DNA of 63,961 bases, filler included, from Octopus bimaculoides (GCF_001194135.2; 4 parts of 4 records of this genome joined end to end with filler, not necessarily neighbours in it); one strand, 5' to 3'; shown: positions 28,002-42,136, counted from the whole stretch's first letter. Notes: a model not told the origin generated them from the letters alone. A program made the numbers and translations.

Positions 28002-28917
28002 ATTTTTTCAATATTGTAAACAAAAAATTATGAACATAGAAAAAATATACATTAATCTCTAATTTTGTAAGCAATTGTAAATATATATTATGTCCGTATT
28101 TTTGTATGCTGTGTAAATTTATGAAATATAAGCAAATGAACGAAATAGCACAAGTATGGAACTGCTAATTTAACGGTAAATGCCACAATAATTATTACAG
28201 AGAGACAAAGAATTTTATGTCTTACCTTGCAACTTCTGCGATAATTATCATCCGGTANNNNNNNNNNNNNNNNNNNNNNNNNNNNNNNNNNNNNNNNNNN
28301 NNNNNNNNNNNNNNNNNNNNNNNNNNNNNNNNNNNNNNNNNNNNNNNNNNNNNNNNNNNNNNNNNNNNNNNNNNNNNNNNNNNNNNNNNNNNNNNNNNNN
28401 NNNNNNNNNNNNNNNNNNNNNNNNNNNNNNNNNNNNNNNNNNNNNNNNNNNNNNNNNNNNNNNNNNNNNNNNNNNNNNNNNNNNNNNNNNNNNNNNNNNN
28501 NNNNNNNNNNNNNNNNNNNNNNNNNNNNNNNNNNNNNNNNNNNNNNNNNNNNNNNNNNNNNNNNNNNNNNNNNNNNNNNNNNNNNNNNNNNNNNNNNNNN
28601 NNNNNNNNNNNNNNNNNNNNNNNNNNNNNNNNNNNNNNNNNNNNNNNNNNNNNNNNNNNNNNNNNNNNNNNNNNNNNNNNNNNNNNNNNNNNNNNNNNNN
28701 NNNNNNNNNNNNNNNNNNNNNNNNNNNNNNNNNNNNNNNNNNNNNNNNNNNNNNNNNNNNNNNNNNNNNNNNNNNNNNNNNNNNNNNNNNNNNNNNNNNN
28801 NNNNNNNNNNNNNNNNNNNNNNNNNNNNNNNNNNNNNNNNNNNNNNNNNNNNNNNNNNNNNNNNNNNNNNNNNNNNNNNNNNNNNNNNNNNNNNNNNATA
28901 CTTATATATGAATTTAT

Positions 28918-28969
<52 letters not shown>

Positions 28970-29538
28970 GTATCTATCTATCTCCCTCTGTATATATGTA
29001 TATATATACACACACACATATGCATACATGTATACTTATATATACCTACAAATAAATGTATGTATAGATACATATGCACTCACACACACATATATGTATT
29101 CGTCTGCGTATGTATGTGTGTATGTGTGAGTGTGTATGTGTATGTGTGTGTGTGTGTGTGTTTGTCTGTATGTGCGAGTGTGTATATAGTGTGTATATAG
29201 TTATCTTTTCTTATTATGTTTTATTTATAAAATTATAAACAGATCTAAGCAAACAAACAAACAAACAAACTAGACAACAATTGTGTATCTTTAAACAATA
29301 TAAATATTTATTTCCAGTGTATATAAAATATTTAAAAAAAAAATATTGTTTAGCAATAATGTTAACATGACTTTGGAAGTATTCTCTCTCTGATTTTGGC
29401 GAAGTACAATTTTCCAGAGGCAGAATATCATTCGGTTTTTCAACAATGATGGTTTAATTAATTCTAAGAATTCTCATTTTTCTACCCCATTGGTTTAGGA
29501 ATTATTATTATTATTATTATTATTACTATTACTATTAC

Positions 29539-29574
<36 letters not shown>

Positions 29575-29577
29575 TAC

Positions 29578-29654
<77 letters not shown>

Positions 29655-29972
29655 TTACTTCCTCTTCTTGCAACAAATAACGTCAATAATAATAACAACA
29701 ACAGCAGCAACAACAATAATAATAATGATAACAGTAACCAGTTTTAATGTAGTTGAAAATGATAATATCTTTCGTTATCTCAATTTGTATAGGTTAAAAA
29801 TAATTAACATTTGACTCATAAACGACTTAAGGGGCCAAGTTTTCCATGTAATTATAAATATAATATAATATGCATATTGCCTTAGAAGGAGGTGAGGGCG
29901 GAGATAGAGTTGTACGTGCGCACCTACGTAATTCAGAGAGGAGGAGAAGAAACTGTTGCAGTAGAAGATGGA

Positions 29973-30023
<51 letters not shown>

Positions 30024-32114
30024 AGAGAGAGAGAGTGAAGGGGAAGAGAGACAGAAACAGAAACAAGTGGAGGAAACGAGAGAGTAAGAGACAATAGTAC
30101 TGGCACAATGGGTTGCACAGTGCTTGTGTGCGAATATACGTGATCTTGAGATGTACATACATACATACATATATGTGTGTGCGTGTGTATATATACATAT
30201 ATANNNNNNNNNNNNNNNNNNNNNNNNNNNNNNNNNNNNNNNNNNNNNNNNNNNNNNNNNNNNNNNNNNNNNNNNNNNNNNNNNNNNNNNNNNNNNNNNN
30301 NNNNNNNNNNNNNNNNNNNNNNNNNNNNNNNNNNNNNNNNNNNNNNNNNNNNNNNNNNNNNNNNNNNNNNNNNNNNNNNNNNNNNNNNNNNNNNNNNNNN
30401 NNNNNNNNNNNNNNTATATATATGTATGTATGTATGTATGTATGCATGTATGCATGTATATATAATATACATATGCATTGAGACATACGTATGTACACAT
30501 ATAATGGTAGATATATAGATAGATTGACAGATAGGAAGATTATCGGTTCAGACTGGTGGGAATTGTAATCAAGCGAAAATGCACTCAATACTGCTAGGCT
30601 GACTGGAATAACTTTATTTATTCGGAGACGATTGTGTGGGAGTGTGTGCAAGTGCGCACACACACACGCACACAAACAAATGCACATACATACACACACA
30701 TACTAAGGTGCATACATACATGCATACATACATAAATTCGTTCATACATACGTAAATTCATACATACATACATACATATTTCGTTGTCATGTAAATTCGT
30801 TCGTTTTCCTTTTTCTACATGACACTCCACCGTGATACATCTGAAAAGAAGCAAAATTTATTTAGATTTCAAGAATGATAAAGAAAAGATGTAAAGAAAG
30901 AAAGGAGCTACAAAAAGGAAGAAGAAGAAGGAGAAGAAAAGAAAAGAGAAAAACAATAAATAAAACAATGCGAGGAAAATATTGTTCGTGTTAATTCAAA
31001 CAACATTGGAGAGGATTAAAATAAGAGAAAAAGGAACTTACTTGGCATCCGAATATATATACATACATATATATATATATATATATANNNNNNNNNNNNN
31101 NNNNNNNNNNNNNNNNNNNNNNNNNNNNNNNNNNNNNNNNNNNNNNNNNNNNNNNNNNNNNNNNNNNNNNNNNNNNNNNNNNNNNNNNNNNNNNNNNNNN
31201 NNNNNNNNNNNNNNNNNNNNNNNNNNNNNNNNNNNNNNNNNNNNNNNNNNNNNNNNNNNNNNNNNNNNNNNNNNNNNNNNNNNNNNNNNNNNNNNNNNNN
31301 NNNNNNNNNNNNNNNNNNNNNNNNNNNNNNNNNNNNNNNNNNNNNNNNNNNNNNNNNNNNNNNNNNNNNNNNNNNNNNNNNNNNNNNNNNNNNNNNNNNN
31401 NNNNNNNNNNNNNNNNNNNNNNNNNNNNNNNNNNNNNNNNNNNNNNNNNNNNNNNNNNNNNNNNNNNNNNNNNNNNNNNNNNNNNNNNNNNNNNNNNNNN
31501 NNNNNNNNNNNNNNNNNNNNNNNNNNNNNNNNNNNNNNNNNNNNNNNNNNNNNNNNNNNNNNNNNNNNNNNNNNNNNNNNNNNNCATTCATTGGCCAGAT
31601 TCTGCGGTATTTATCCTCAGATAAATATCTTGTGACTGAAACAGGCAAAAGAAAGGCGATAATACAACGGGAATGTTCTTTTTCATTGAAGGCCCGGAAG
31701 TTTGTGGGAGGAGACCAGTCAATTAGATCGACTTCAGAACGCAACTGGTGCTTAATTTATCGACCCCGAAAAAAAAAATCAAAGGTAAAGTCGACCTCGG
31801 CGGAATTTGAACCCAAAGCGTAAAGACAGACGAAATACCGTTAAGCATTTCGTTTCTTATTTCTTTATTGCCCACAAGGGGCTACACACAGAGGGGACAA
31901 ACAAGGACAGACAAACGTGCTAACGTTTCTGCCAGCTCGCCGCGTCAATGCAACGGAAATATCATCACAGTATTAAACTTCTCAATGAATTTCACAAAAG
32001 CCAAGTTCTTATTTCGATGTATTGTGCATAAAGGGGTTGTTGTTGATAAAATTCTGTCTCAGCAGTTTCGTTCTTACAGATCTCATTATCATTCTAATTG
32101 GCACGGGTCAAAAA

Positions 32115-32149
<35 letters not shown>

Positions 32150-32747
32150 CAAAACAAAACAAAAAATGATAATGATAATTATTACACATTTTAATTATGC
32201 ATGACTTAAAGGGCAAAGATGTAATTATAAATATTGGCTTGAAAATAGGTGCAGAAGAAGTGTTGTGTATGTATGTATATATGTATGTGCTTGTATGTGT
32301 GTATGTATGTATGCATGCATGTATGTATGTGCGTATGTACCTATGTATCTATGTATGTACGTATGCATGCATATATGTATATATATATGTATATATATAT
32401 GTATATGTATGTATATGTGTATGTATGAATGTAACAGGCTATATGTATGTGTATGGGCGTACTTTTAAAAGTATGTGCGCATGTTTATGCGTGTATGTAT
32501 ATGTAATATATGTATGTGTGTGTATGTGTGCATGTGGATGTATGTGTATGTATGCGTATGGGTGCACGTTTGTATGTATCTATCTATACATTTACCTATG
32601 TATATATGCTATATGTATGTATGTGTACGTGTATGTTTGTATGTGTATGTATGTATATGTATGTTGTATGTTCGTATTTATGTGTATGTATGTTTGTATT
32701 GTGTATGTATATGTGATATATATATATATATATGTGAATATGTATGC

Positions 32748-32778
<31 letters not shown>

Positions 32779-32856
32779 TGTAGCTCCTTAATTCAGAACA
32801 GAAGCCAATTCAGAAGAGTGAGTGGAAGGGAGAAGGAAGGGAGAGAGATAATGAGG

Positions 32857-32903
<47 letters not shown>

Positions 32904-34233
32904 GGAGAGAGAGTATAGAGGACGAGGCAATTTCGTTCGCTTCTGCTGTAGCTAATCTCGGAGCTGCGACTGACTGGTGAGGCTCTAGAAGCAGTACTGT
33001 ACTTGCTGTTGTTGGTGCCTCTTTTGCTTCCACTGCTGCCCCTCCTCTTCCTCTGCTGCTGCCTTCATTTACCTCCACCTCATTATTTTTTTATCTGATC
33101 AGAAAGTCCTTAAGTGGTTTTCTTCTCCCCCACACATGTTGTAGTCGCCGGCTCTTCTACCTTGTTACTGCTTTCTCAATGAAGTATATCCCTCGAATAG
33201 TCTTGTGGTGATGATGAGATAGGACGGTGGAATATCATAATGCCCAACAGAACGAGAGAAAAAGAAAGAATGAGAAAAAAAGAGAGGAAGAAAGAGAGAG
33301 GAGTCAATGGTCGCAGTAGGTTAATGAATTGAATGCATGTCTACACGTGCAAAGGGACCCATCTTTTGTCGCCCTCACTGCTGGAAATAACAGCCAAATA
33401 TTCAAATTTCGACTTCATAAAACAAATCCCACGACGGCGCTTAAATAAGATTGAAATATTTCTATTTAGATATATTATATCTTTTATCTTTATCATTTAC
33501 TAGTTTCAGTCATTAGACTGTGGTCATGCTGGGGCGCTACCATGATGAATTATTAGTCGAACGAATCGATCCCCAGCACCTTTATCTTTTAAACCAGCTA
33601 CTTATTCTATCAGTCCTTTAGCTGAACCACTAAGTTACGAGGACGTAAACACACCAACATCGGTTTAAGAAGCGATGGTAGGGGGACGAACGCATACACA
33701 CACACCTAAACATAAGCATACGTAATATTCACACACACACACACACATATACGACGGGCTTCTTTCATCTTGGCCTACCACATCCACTCACAAGTCTTCA
33801 GTCAGTTCAAGGCTATAGTAGAAACATTAGCCCAAGGTAGCATGCAGTGAGACTGAACTCGGAACCATGTGGCTGGAAAACAAGCTTCTTAGCACACAGC
33901 CACGCCTACACCTCTATATCTACGGTCGAGGTAAGATGAAAAAAGAATGTATTCCATCCAATGAAAGATAAAATATCATTGAATGTACACCGTATCAAAA
34001 TAAGATCTACTCATAGTTTCATACTTTGGAGACACGGGTTTAGGCATGGTTTATATAGCCTGAACATTAAACATAACAAGTACAAGATGGCATGCACATG
34101 GAATGTATTAGTTTTGACGCTCGGTAAAAATAGTTTTTCATCTTTCGAGCATAGGCTCTTCGTTGGAAACGAAAACGGAAAAGTCCAAAGAAGGAAAAAA
34201 TCACAAACAGCACGTGTGTATTTAAATTGTTAC

Positions 34234-34275
<42 letters not shown>

Positions 34276-35510
34276 NNNNNNNNNNNNNNNNNNNNNNNNN
34301 NNNNNNNNNNNNNNNNNNNNNNNNNNNNNNNNNNNNNNNNNNNNNNNNNNNNNNNNNNNNNNNNNNNNNNNNNNNNNNNNNNNNNNNNNNNNNNNNNNNN
34401 NNNNNNNNNNNNNNNNNNNNNNNNNNNNNNNNNNNNNNNNNNNNNNNNNNNNNNNNNNNNNNNNNNNNNNNNNNNNNNNNNNNNNNNNNNNNNNNNNNNN
34501 NNNNNNNNNNNNNNNNNNNNNNNNNNNNNNNNNNNNNNNNNNNNNNNNNNNNNNNNNNNNNNNNNNNNNNNNNNNNNNNNNNNNNNNNNNNNNNNNNNNN
34601 NNNNNNNNNNNNNNNNNNNNNNNNNNNNNNNNNNNNNNNNNNNNNNNNNNNNNNNNNNNNNNNNNNNNNNNNNNNNNNNNNNNNNNNNNNNNNNNNNNNN
34701 NNNNNNNNNNNNNNNNNNNNNNNNNNNNNNNNNNNNNNNNNNNNNNNNNNNNNNNNNNNNNNNNNNNNNNNNNNNNNNNNNNNNNNNNNNNNNNNNNNNN
34801 NNNNNNNNNNNNNNNNNNNNNNNNNNNNNNNNNNNNNNNNNNNNNNNNNNNNNNNNNNNNNNNNNNNNNNNNNNNNNNNNNNNNNNNNNNNNNNNNNNNN
34901 NNNNNNNNNNNNNNNNNNNNNNNNNNNNNNNNNNNNNNNNNNNNNNNNNNNNNNNNNNNNNNNNNNNNNNNNNNNNNNNNNNNNNNNNNNNNNNNNNNNN
35001 NNNNNNNNNNNNNNNNNNNNNNNNNNNNNNNNNNNNNNNNNNNNNNNNTTTTTTTGTTGTTATTTTGTTATATTTTCTTCTTTCTTTTCTTTTCTTTCTG
35101 AAACATTTTGAATTATAGAAGAATCATAAGAGTTGTTTAAACAGATTTTTTTTTACATAAGAATTATGTATATTTCTGTGTGTATGCGTACGTGTACATA
35201 TGCATGTATACATGTGTGTGTGTATATATATATATATGTATATACAAACACATTTACATACATATACACACATATACACATACATACATACATACATACA
35301 TACATACATACATACGTACATACATACATACATATATACATACATACATATGTATAAAGTATATTCAAGCTTTTAAAATTTCATGACAAATTGTATTTTT
35401 AGCCTATTTTNNNNNNNNNNNNNNNNNNNNNNNNNNNNNNNNNNNNNNNNNNNNTTAATTAATTAANNNNNNNNNNNNNNNNNNNNNNNNNNNNNNNNNN
35501 NNNNNNNNNN

Positions 35511-36176
35511 ATGATTCTGTAAACTATGAAACAAATGGTAGTCTGAAGGAGCAAGATCAGGAGAATAAGGTGGATGAGGAATTTTTTCCCAATCAAGCTC
35601 TTCGATCTTCTATGATGTGATCTTTGCAGTGTCGGGTCACGCATTGTCCTGATGAAACGTCACTCCCTTTTGATTCACTAAAGCGGGTCTTTTTCTCTTC
35701 AAAGCTTGGTTCAAATGCTCTAATTGCTGACTGTAGACTTTAGCATTGATTGTTGCATTAGGTGGTAACAATTCAAAGTGAATTAGTCCTTTGCAATCCC
35801 ACCAGATAGAGAGAAGAACCTTTTTTCCATGAACTTTCCTTCTTAGTTGTGGTTGAGCTTTTTCCCTTTTATCAAGCCACTGTTTACGATGTTTAACATT
35901 TTGATAGAAGATCCAGTTATCGTTACCAGTCACAAGTCTATCCAAAAAGGGTGAAATGAGTTCACCAGAATGGAGAGAAGAGCAGATGTCAACTTGGGAT
36001 TTGTGGTTGCATTTGGACAATTCTTGAAGATGACGATGAACAGTTGTATGGTTTGAACTAAGCTTTATTGCCAATTCTTCAACTGATAATGCAGGACTTT
36101 CTTCAAGTAATGCCTCAAGGAACTTCTCATCAAACTCAACTGGACATCCTGTTCGATCTTTATCTTCAAAGTTGAA
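35511..36176 (-). mobile_element. Mariner transposase, central and catalytic part, with an internal deletion
   Basis: LVTGNDNWIFYQN, KKVLLSIWWDCKGLIHFELLP, FHQDNA, then frameshifted PHPPYSPDLAPSDYH; bounded by gaps. Confidence 0.9.
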
Positions 36177-37639
36177 NNNNNNNNNNNNNNNNNNNNNNNN
36201 NNNNNNNNNNNNNNNNNNNNNNNNNNNNNNNNNNNNNNNNNNNNNNNNNNNNNNNNNNNNNNNNNNNNNNNNNNNNNNNNNNNNNNNNNNNNNNNNNNNN
36301 NNNNNNNNNNNNNNNNNNNNNNNNNNNNNNNNNNNNNNNNNNNNNNNNNNNNNNNNNNNNNNNNNNNNNNNNNNNNNNNNNNNNNNNNNNNNNNNNNNNN
36401 NNNNNNNNNNNNNNNNNNNNNNNNNNNNNNNNNNNNNNNNNNNNNNNNNNNNNNNNNNNNNNNNNNNNNNNNNNNNNNNNNNNNNNNNNNNNNNNNNNNN
36501 NNNNNNNNNNNNNNNNNNNNNNNNNNNNNNNNNNNNNNNNNNNNNNNNNNNNNNNNNNNNNNNNNNNNNNNNNNNNNNNNNNNNNNNNNNNNNNNNNNNN
36601 NNNNNNNNNNNNNNNNNNNNNNNNNNNNNNNNNNNNNNNNNNNNNNNNNNNATATATATATATATATATAGCATCCACTACACTCTCTGAGTGGTTGGCA
36701 TTAGGAAGGGCATCCAGCTGTAGAAACTCTGCCAAATTAGATTGGAGCCTGGTGTTGCCATCCGGTTTCACCAGTCCTCAGTCAAATCGTCCAACCCATG
36801 CTAGCATGGAAAGTGGACGTTAAACGATGATATATATATACATACACATAGATGTATGTGTCTCTGTGCATGCGTATTGTGTTCATACATATACTCATGT
36901 GCATATGAGCATATATACATATATGCACAGATATGTGTGTGTGTGTGGTTGTATATATGTGTGTAAGTATATACAAGTGTCTCTGTGTATGTGGATGAAT
37001 GTATGTGTGTGTACATGCATATATACAAATTTTATTAACTTTATTTATACCTTATAAACATATATTACATACATACCTTATTTATATTTAAATTTCCTCT
37101 ATCATCTTTATTTAATTTATTCATTTATGACTAATTCTATTTACCTACTCTATCTTATCTCCAATACAAATCACGAACAAGATCATTTAGTCTGCTATAA
37201 TGAATCCATAAACACATATATAAAACATCTAAGGGTATATTTTTTCCCCTCTGAAGATATTATGCTCGGGGCATATAAATTTAATATTTAATCAATTTAC
37301 TGAGTATTAATTGAAACAGCTGTAAGGGATAGTGATTGATTTGTTGTTAATAATTAACAATTATTAATAATTAACAATTATTAACTTCCTGGTCTCCATT
37401 TTCTTTTTCTTCTTTTATATGACTATATGTCTTGCAAACAACTTGCACATGCAAGTGCTACCAGTCGAGAATTCCACATACCGGAAGCCAGCAAGTGTAT
37501 GGGAACACCAGGAGAGAATGCGTGCTGTTTCATCCTACCTCTCGACAGCATCAATACGCACCAGCCCCCCTCACTGATATGAGGTCCTGCTGTGCTAGAT
37601 CAACTGGTTGTTAAATATAGCTCAATATTTCTCTAGTCA

Positions 37640-38137
37640 TTGCTCATCGTCTCTTTTTAACCAAATCCAGTGGCTAGCCATTTCCACTGTAGTTTGGATA
37701 TCAGTCATGGTGATATTTACCTTATGATGAGTTAGACCTAACGATAACAACAATCCTCTCACATTGTGTCCAACAAACCGTCTACATCTGACTTCAATTG
37801 GAAAATGTTCCACTTTCCAGCCTGCATCTTCACATTCCTCGAGGAGGTTTACATAACGGTCAATCTTTCAAGCCCGAGCAGCATCCATGTTATCTTCATG
37901 AGGAACTGTTAACTCGACTAGATTTACAACTTTCTTTCCTTCACACCATATTAAAATGTCTGGTTTTTTCGTAACTGGGATGGGAATGAGTCCCTGGCAC
38001 CCTGGTAAATCTGCAGTCACCTCCCAATGGCCGTTCCACTTTTCATCTCTCACAGGAAGTTTCTTGTTCTTCTTCTTGAAACGGATCCGCTGACCTGAGT
38101 GCACGAAGGTAATGAAATCTCCAGTTGGTACTTTCAA
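37640..38137 (-). mobile_element. Non-LTR retrotransposon 3' fragment with restriction-like endonuclease (RLE), HERO-like
   Basis: KKPDILIWCEGKKVVNLVELTVPHEDNMDAARA*KIDRYVNLLEECEDAGWKVEHFPIEVRCRRFVG...MASHWIWLKRDDEQ*; PD-(D/E)xK-type motif with a single in-frame TGA. Confidence 0.8.
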
Positions 38138-38841
38138 CAGTTTTTTTTCTCACTGTCTCCATGTATACCTGTTCAATGCTAATGAACAGTTGGAAAGAAT
38201 ATGTCTTAGTGTTCCGACCTTTCTGCATTCACATTCACATATGTCATCTCCAGCTAGCTATACGACATAATATCTGTGTCTTTATATTTTCGAACAAGGG
38301 AGTTTAGCATTTCCACTCAACACAAAACAATATCTGTGTCGCGGTTTCTGAGTTATTTGCCTTCGTCAGCACAGAGTAACTGTTTGGCTAGATATATATA
38401 CATATACATATGTATNNNNNNNNNNNNNNNNNNNNNNNNNNNNNNNNNNNNNNNNNNNNNNNNNNNNNNNNNNNNNNNNNNNNNNNNNNNNNNNNNNNNN
38501 NNNNNNNNNNNNNNNNNNNNNNNNNNNNNNNNTATATATATATATATATTTGTTTTGCAAGATTTTTTATGTGAAATCGTTTAATCCATGCTGCAATTGT
38601 CTCAGTACCATTCCCTTTTGAACCACATTATGTATAAACGATTGTGTGAGAAAATAAAAAAAACATTTGTATAAATAGAGGATATAGATAATACAGGCAC
38701 TCCCCATACACACACATGCACTTCCAAAACTTAGACACACATTGAGGGATACGCATGCGTAGACACATACAATAGGAATATAAAATACAAAATGGCTGAT
38801 AGTTAGCAAGGTGAGACACACATAAGAAAGAAGAAAGCAAA

Positions 38842-38886
38842 GGACCACTGATGAGGTCACAGAAGTGTGACGAAAGAACTCTGGCC
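38842..38886 (+). ncRNA. Minimal type I hammerhead ribozyme motif
   Basis: ggacca [stem I] CTGATGA g gtcac-agaagt-gtgac [stem II] GAAA g-aa-c T C tggcc [stem I', one bulge]; predicted cleavage triplet CUC. Confidence 0.6.
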
Positions 38887-41800
38887 AAAATAGGATTAAT
38901 GTAACGTAATGTAATATAAAGCTGAAACAAATTAACACCAAATATACAGTGCGTGTGTTTTTATTGGCTAAACTGGCAATATGACCATCCCCAAGTATAA
39001 CAACACATATATATATATNNNNNNNNNNNNNNNNATACATATATATAAAGCAAAGCAAAGGATGAAGAGTCAATATACCATAAGTTTAATCCATGTTGCA
39101 ATTGTGTATAAACGATTATGTGTGAGAAAATAAAAAAAACATTTGTATAAATTTATACATAGTTGAATGTCCCATCAGACTTGTACCATACCGTGCCACT
39201 ACTATATGTAATAGACATCGTGTATTTATCTAACTGCTAAGTTAAAAGAAATAAAGGAATATAGCATAAATACAAACAAAGACACACTCATGCATTCATA
39301 TATGTATAACTGTGTTAAATGATACTCAAATACACATACATACCTATGTACACATGCTGAAGTGTATAAGAGAACACATATGTAAAGCGTGTTATAGAGA
39401 CCTGAAATATTTCCATTATTGCCTTTCATTGAAGAAAATGAATTATTAAGTTGTTGTCATTGTTTAACCCCAGGTCAGCTAGGATCAAACAAACTTTTGA
39501 TCAAAAGTATCATGCCTTTAACTCAGACATTATATCAAGGATTGTCTTATTCATTTCTTTAGAAGACTGTTGGGTGTGGTTTGAGGAAGATTTGGCTACT
39601 GTTTCATAAGCCTTATTGTTAGCCTGTTGAGAAGTTTCATGCGAAAACTGTCTAGAGAGATAGAATATGTGTGTATGTGTATGTGGGAGAGAGAGTGGGG
39701 CTAGTGAAGGATAAAATACAAAGGGATAGTGGAAGATGACTGAGCTAGGTGATGAACAGGTAGAAGACTAGGAGGTAAATAGTATCACAGAGGACCATAG
39801 TGAAAATTGGGAAGTAAACAGAAGGGAAGATAGGAAGATTAATTGGTAGAAGATCAAGGAATATGGTGAAAAGTGGAATCAGAATAGAGAGAAAATCTGG
39901 AAGAAGGTACATTGAAAAGTTGAAAGGTAAGAAGTGGCTAAAAAGTGGGAAGGAAACAATCTAAGTGGTAGAGAATGGGGTGAAAAGGGAAGGGAGGGGG
40001 AAGAAGAGTGGAAGGTTGGAGGAGAGGAGGGTTGCAAGTGGGAAAAGTAAGGAATAGTGTAATTATTAATGTAATTTAATCAGTGGAGTAATCCAATCCG
40101 AGTAATTTATTCTCTAATTAGTTTTCTACATAACATGTGTACACACTTGTACATTTACTTAGTGATTCTCCCATTACTACTTCAGCACGTATGAAAAAAA
40201 TCTAATGCCTTGCTGATGAAGTCAGAAAATAATGAAACACATCTGGAGTTGTCTCCCATACTTACGGTAATAAATATACTAGTGGATAATATTGCTTTTT
40301 CCTCAGTGCATAATATAAAATTCCATGTATAATACGAACTTTTTTTGCCAAAAGCAAAATTAAAATTAGGATGGGAGTATAATACATAGACTCTTTATGG
40401 TAGTTTGTTCCTATTTCAATTTTTATGTATTCTGCATAAAATATGTTGATGCAAACATAACAGTGAATCTCCTGCAACTTCTGAAAGACACAGTTACAAC
40501 AAAAATCAAAGAAACAGTAACAACACACACTCTGTACTCATCAACAATACACAACTAAAACCCTAATCTAACCCCTATGAACAGCAGAGATACAATCACT
40601 ATTGACAAAAGTCTTCTACCTCACCTCTTTCATATGTTAAACTCATGTCAATAACACATGCTAACTATTTTATCATCATGTTCTTATTGAAATGCACTGC
40701 CTTTGTTTCGATTAATTATAAAAATAATGAAGAATTTAGTAAAATATTTTTGTCAGTATTAAACTAGTGTTTTAATGTTGATCACTAAAACATGAAGCTT
40801 GTATCACAAAACAAGGGATGGTCTCAGGTAAGTTGGTATGAAAAGGGTGAAAACCCTGAAACATAATCTCATGTCATATTTCATGGCAACCTCTGCAGTT
40901 ATGACCTACAATGGATGACACTTTACATATCTGGAGGAATAGGGTAAAGACCCCTTCTGTCATGAATGACCATGGGATTGCACCAAGTAAGTTCCCCTCC
41001 AAAGCACAAGTCTGGGCTGGGCAAGATTGTTTATGGAAGACCAGCAGTCACCCATGCATACCAGCTTCCCCTCTCCATGTCACCAATGTTATCCAAGGGT
41101 AAAGCAAAGGTTGATGCAGCTTGGTACCAATGCTGTCACAGCTCATTTTTACAGCTGAATGAACTGGAGCAACATGAAATAAAGTGTCTTGCTCAAAAAT
41201 ACAACATCCTGGTCTGGGAATTGAACTCACTACCTCATGATTGTGACCCCCATGCTCTGAGCCATGTGCCTTCACAACCTAACGACTAGCCATACACCTA
41301 GAGGAATATTATGGCTACTACACACACAATCATCCAATGTGAGATATTTGCTTGAGACAAGAAGGCAATAATATAATCACCGTACTTGCTAGAAATATCA
41401 GCCAAATCTCCTACAGATCACATTCTTAAAAATGGAAGAACATGTTGGAGAGTGCAATCTAGAAGAAAATGGGTTTATCAGAATTGGAAAAATCTTCAAT
41501 CTGATTCCCAAAACCCATGTGCTGCATATTGTCACCATGCAAACAAGCAAGCTCTCTCTATGCCAATGGGTGAGCCTGCTATAATTAATAACTAAATCTC
41601 TCTTAGACCACACTCTGTGGTCTACAAAAGAACATATTGGTAAATGTAGTCTTGAGTACAGTTTGTGAAAAAAAAATAATAATACTGTGACAGTCATGGC
41701 TTGAATTTCATTGATCATAGGTCTGCATACTCAGAGCTAACTTCAACAACTTAAGCCTAACTGATGCACCTAGCTTTACTCATTGCTTTGGTATGTGTGT

Positions 41801-42136
41801 GTGATTGTGTATATGTATATATGTATCCATGTATAAATATATGCTTCATCTCAATTGCATCATGCTAACCAATCTTTGCACTAAACATTACCCTGTCTCT
41901 ATAAAACACAACCCTCTAAAAGTTTTTCATTGCTTTTGATTCAAGCTAAATATCAACCATATAAACTTCACCACTGAGGGAAGGCCTGCAAAGGTCAGGA
42001 TCATTGCGCTCACCCTCTGATCAAATAGTAAAGAAAACATGATTTCTCTCAAATATGATAAATTTAGTCAATAGCTGGACTTTTCCAAATGAGGTGTACA
42101 TATCAATGGTTGATTAAAACTGTAACAAGAACTTAC

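Noticed and set aside
32788-33078. 96-aa minus-strand ORF in a GC-richer stretch
   Set aside because: No domain or clear splice sites, and it runs into a GA microsatellite.
3785-35386. Most long ORFs in the track (poly-YI, HT, CV, SL, V/G/P-rich, X-filled)
   Set aside because: They are translations of microsatellites or run through N gaps; no domain content.
39159-39401. Short splice-bounded open segments (QLDKYTMSITYSSGTVWYKSDGTFNY; GLYNTLYIC...)
   Set aside because: Weak donor or no recognisable domain, and the phases do not chain together.
40266-40480. Minus-strand segment with good acceptor and donor and one open frame (KLQEIHCYVC...)
   Set aside because: The open frame is phase 0, incompatible with the preceding phase-1 EGF exon (phase 1 hits a stop), and the peptide is not protein-like.
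40870-41110. Possible RTE 5' UTR that might hold an HDV-like ribozyme
   Set aside because: I could not assemble the nested double pseudoknot by eye; it needs a descriptor search.
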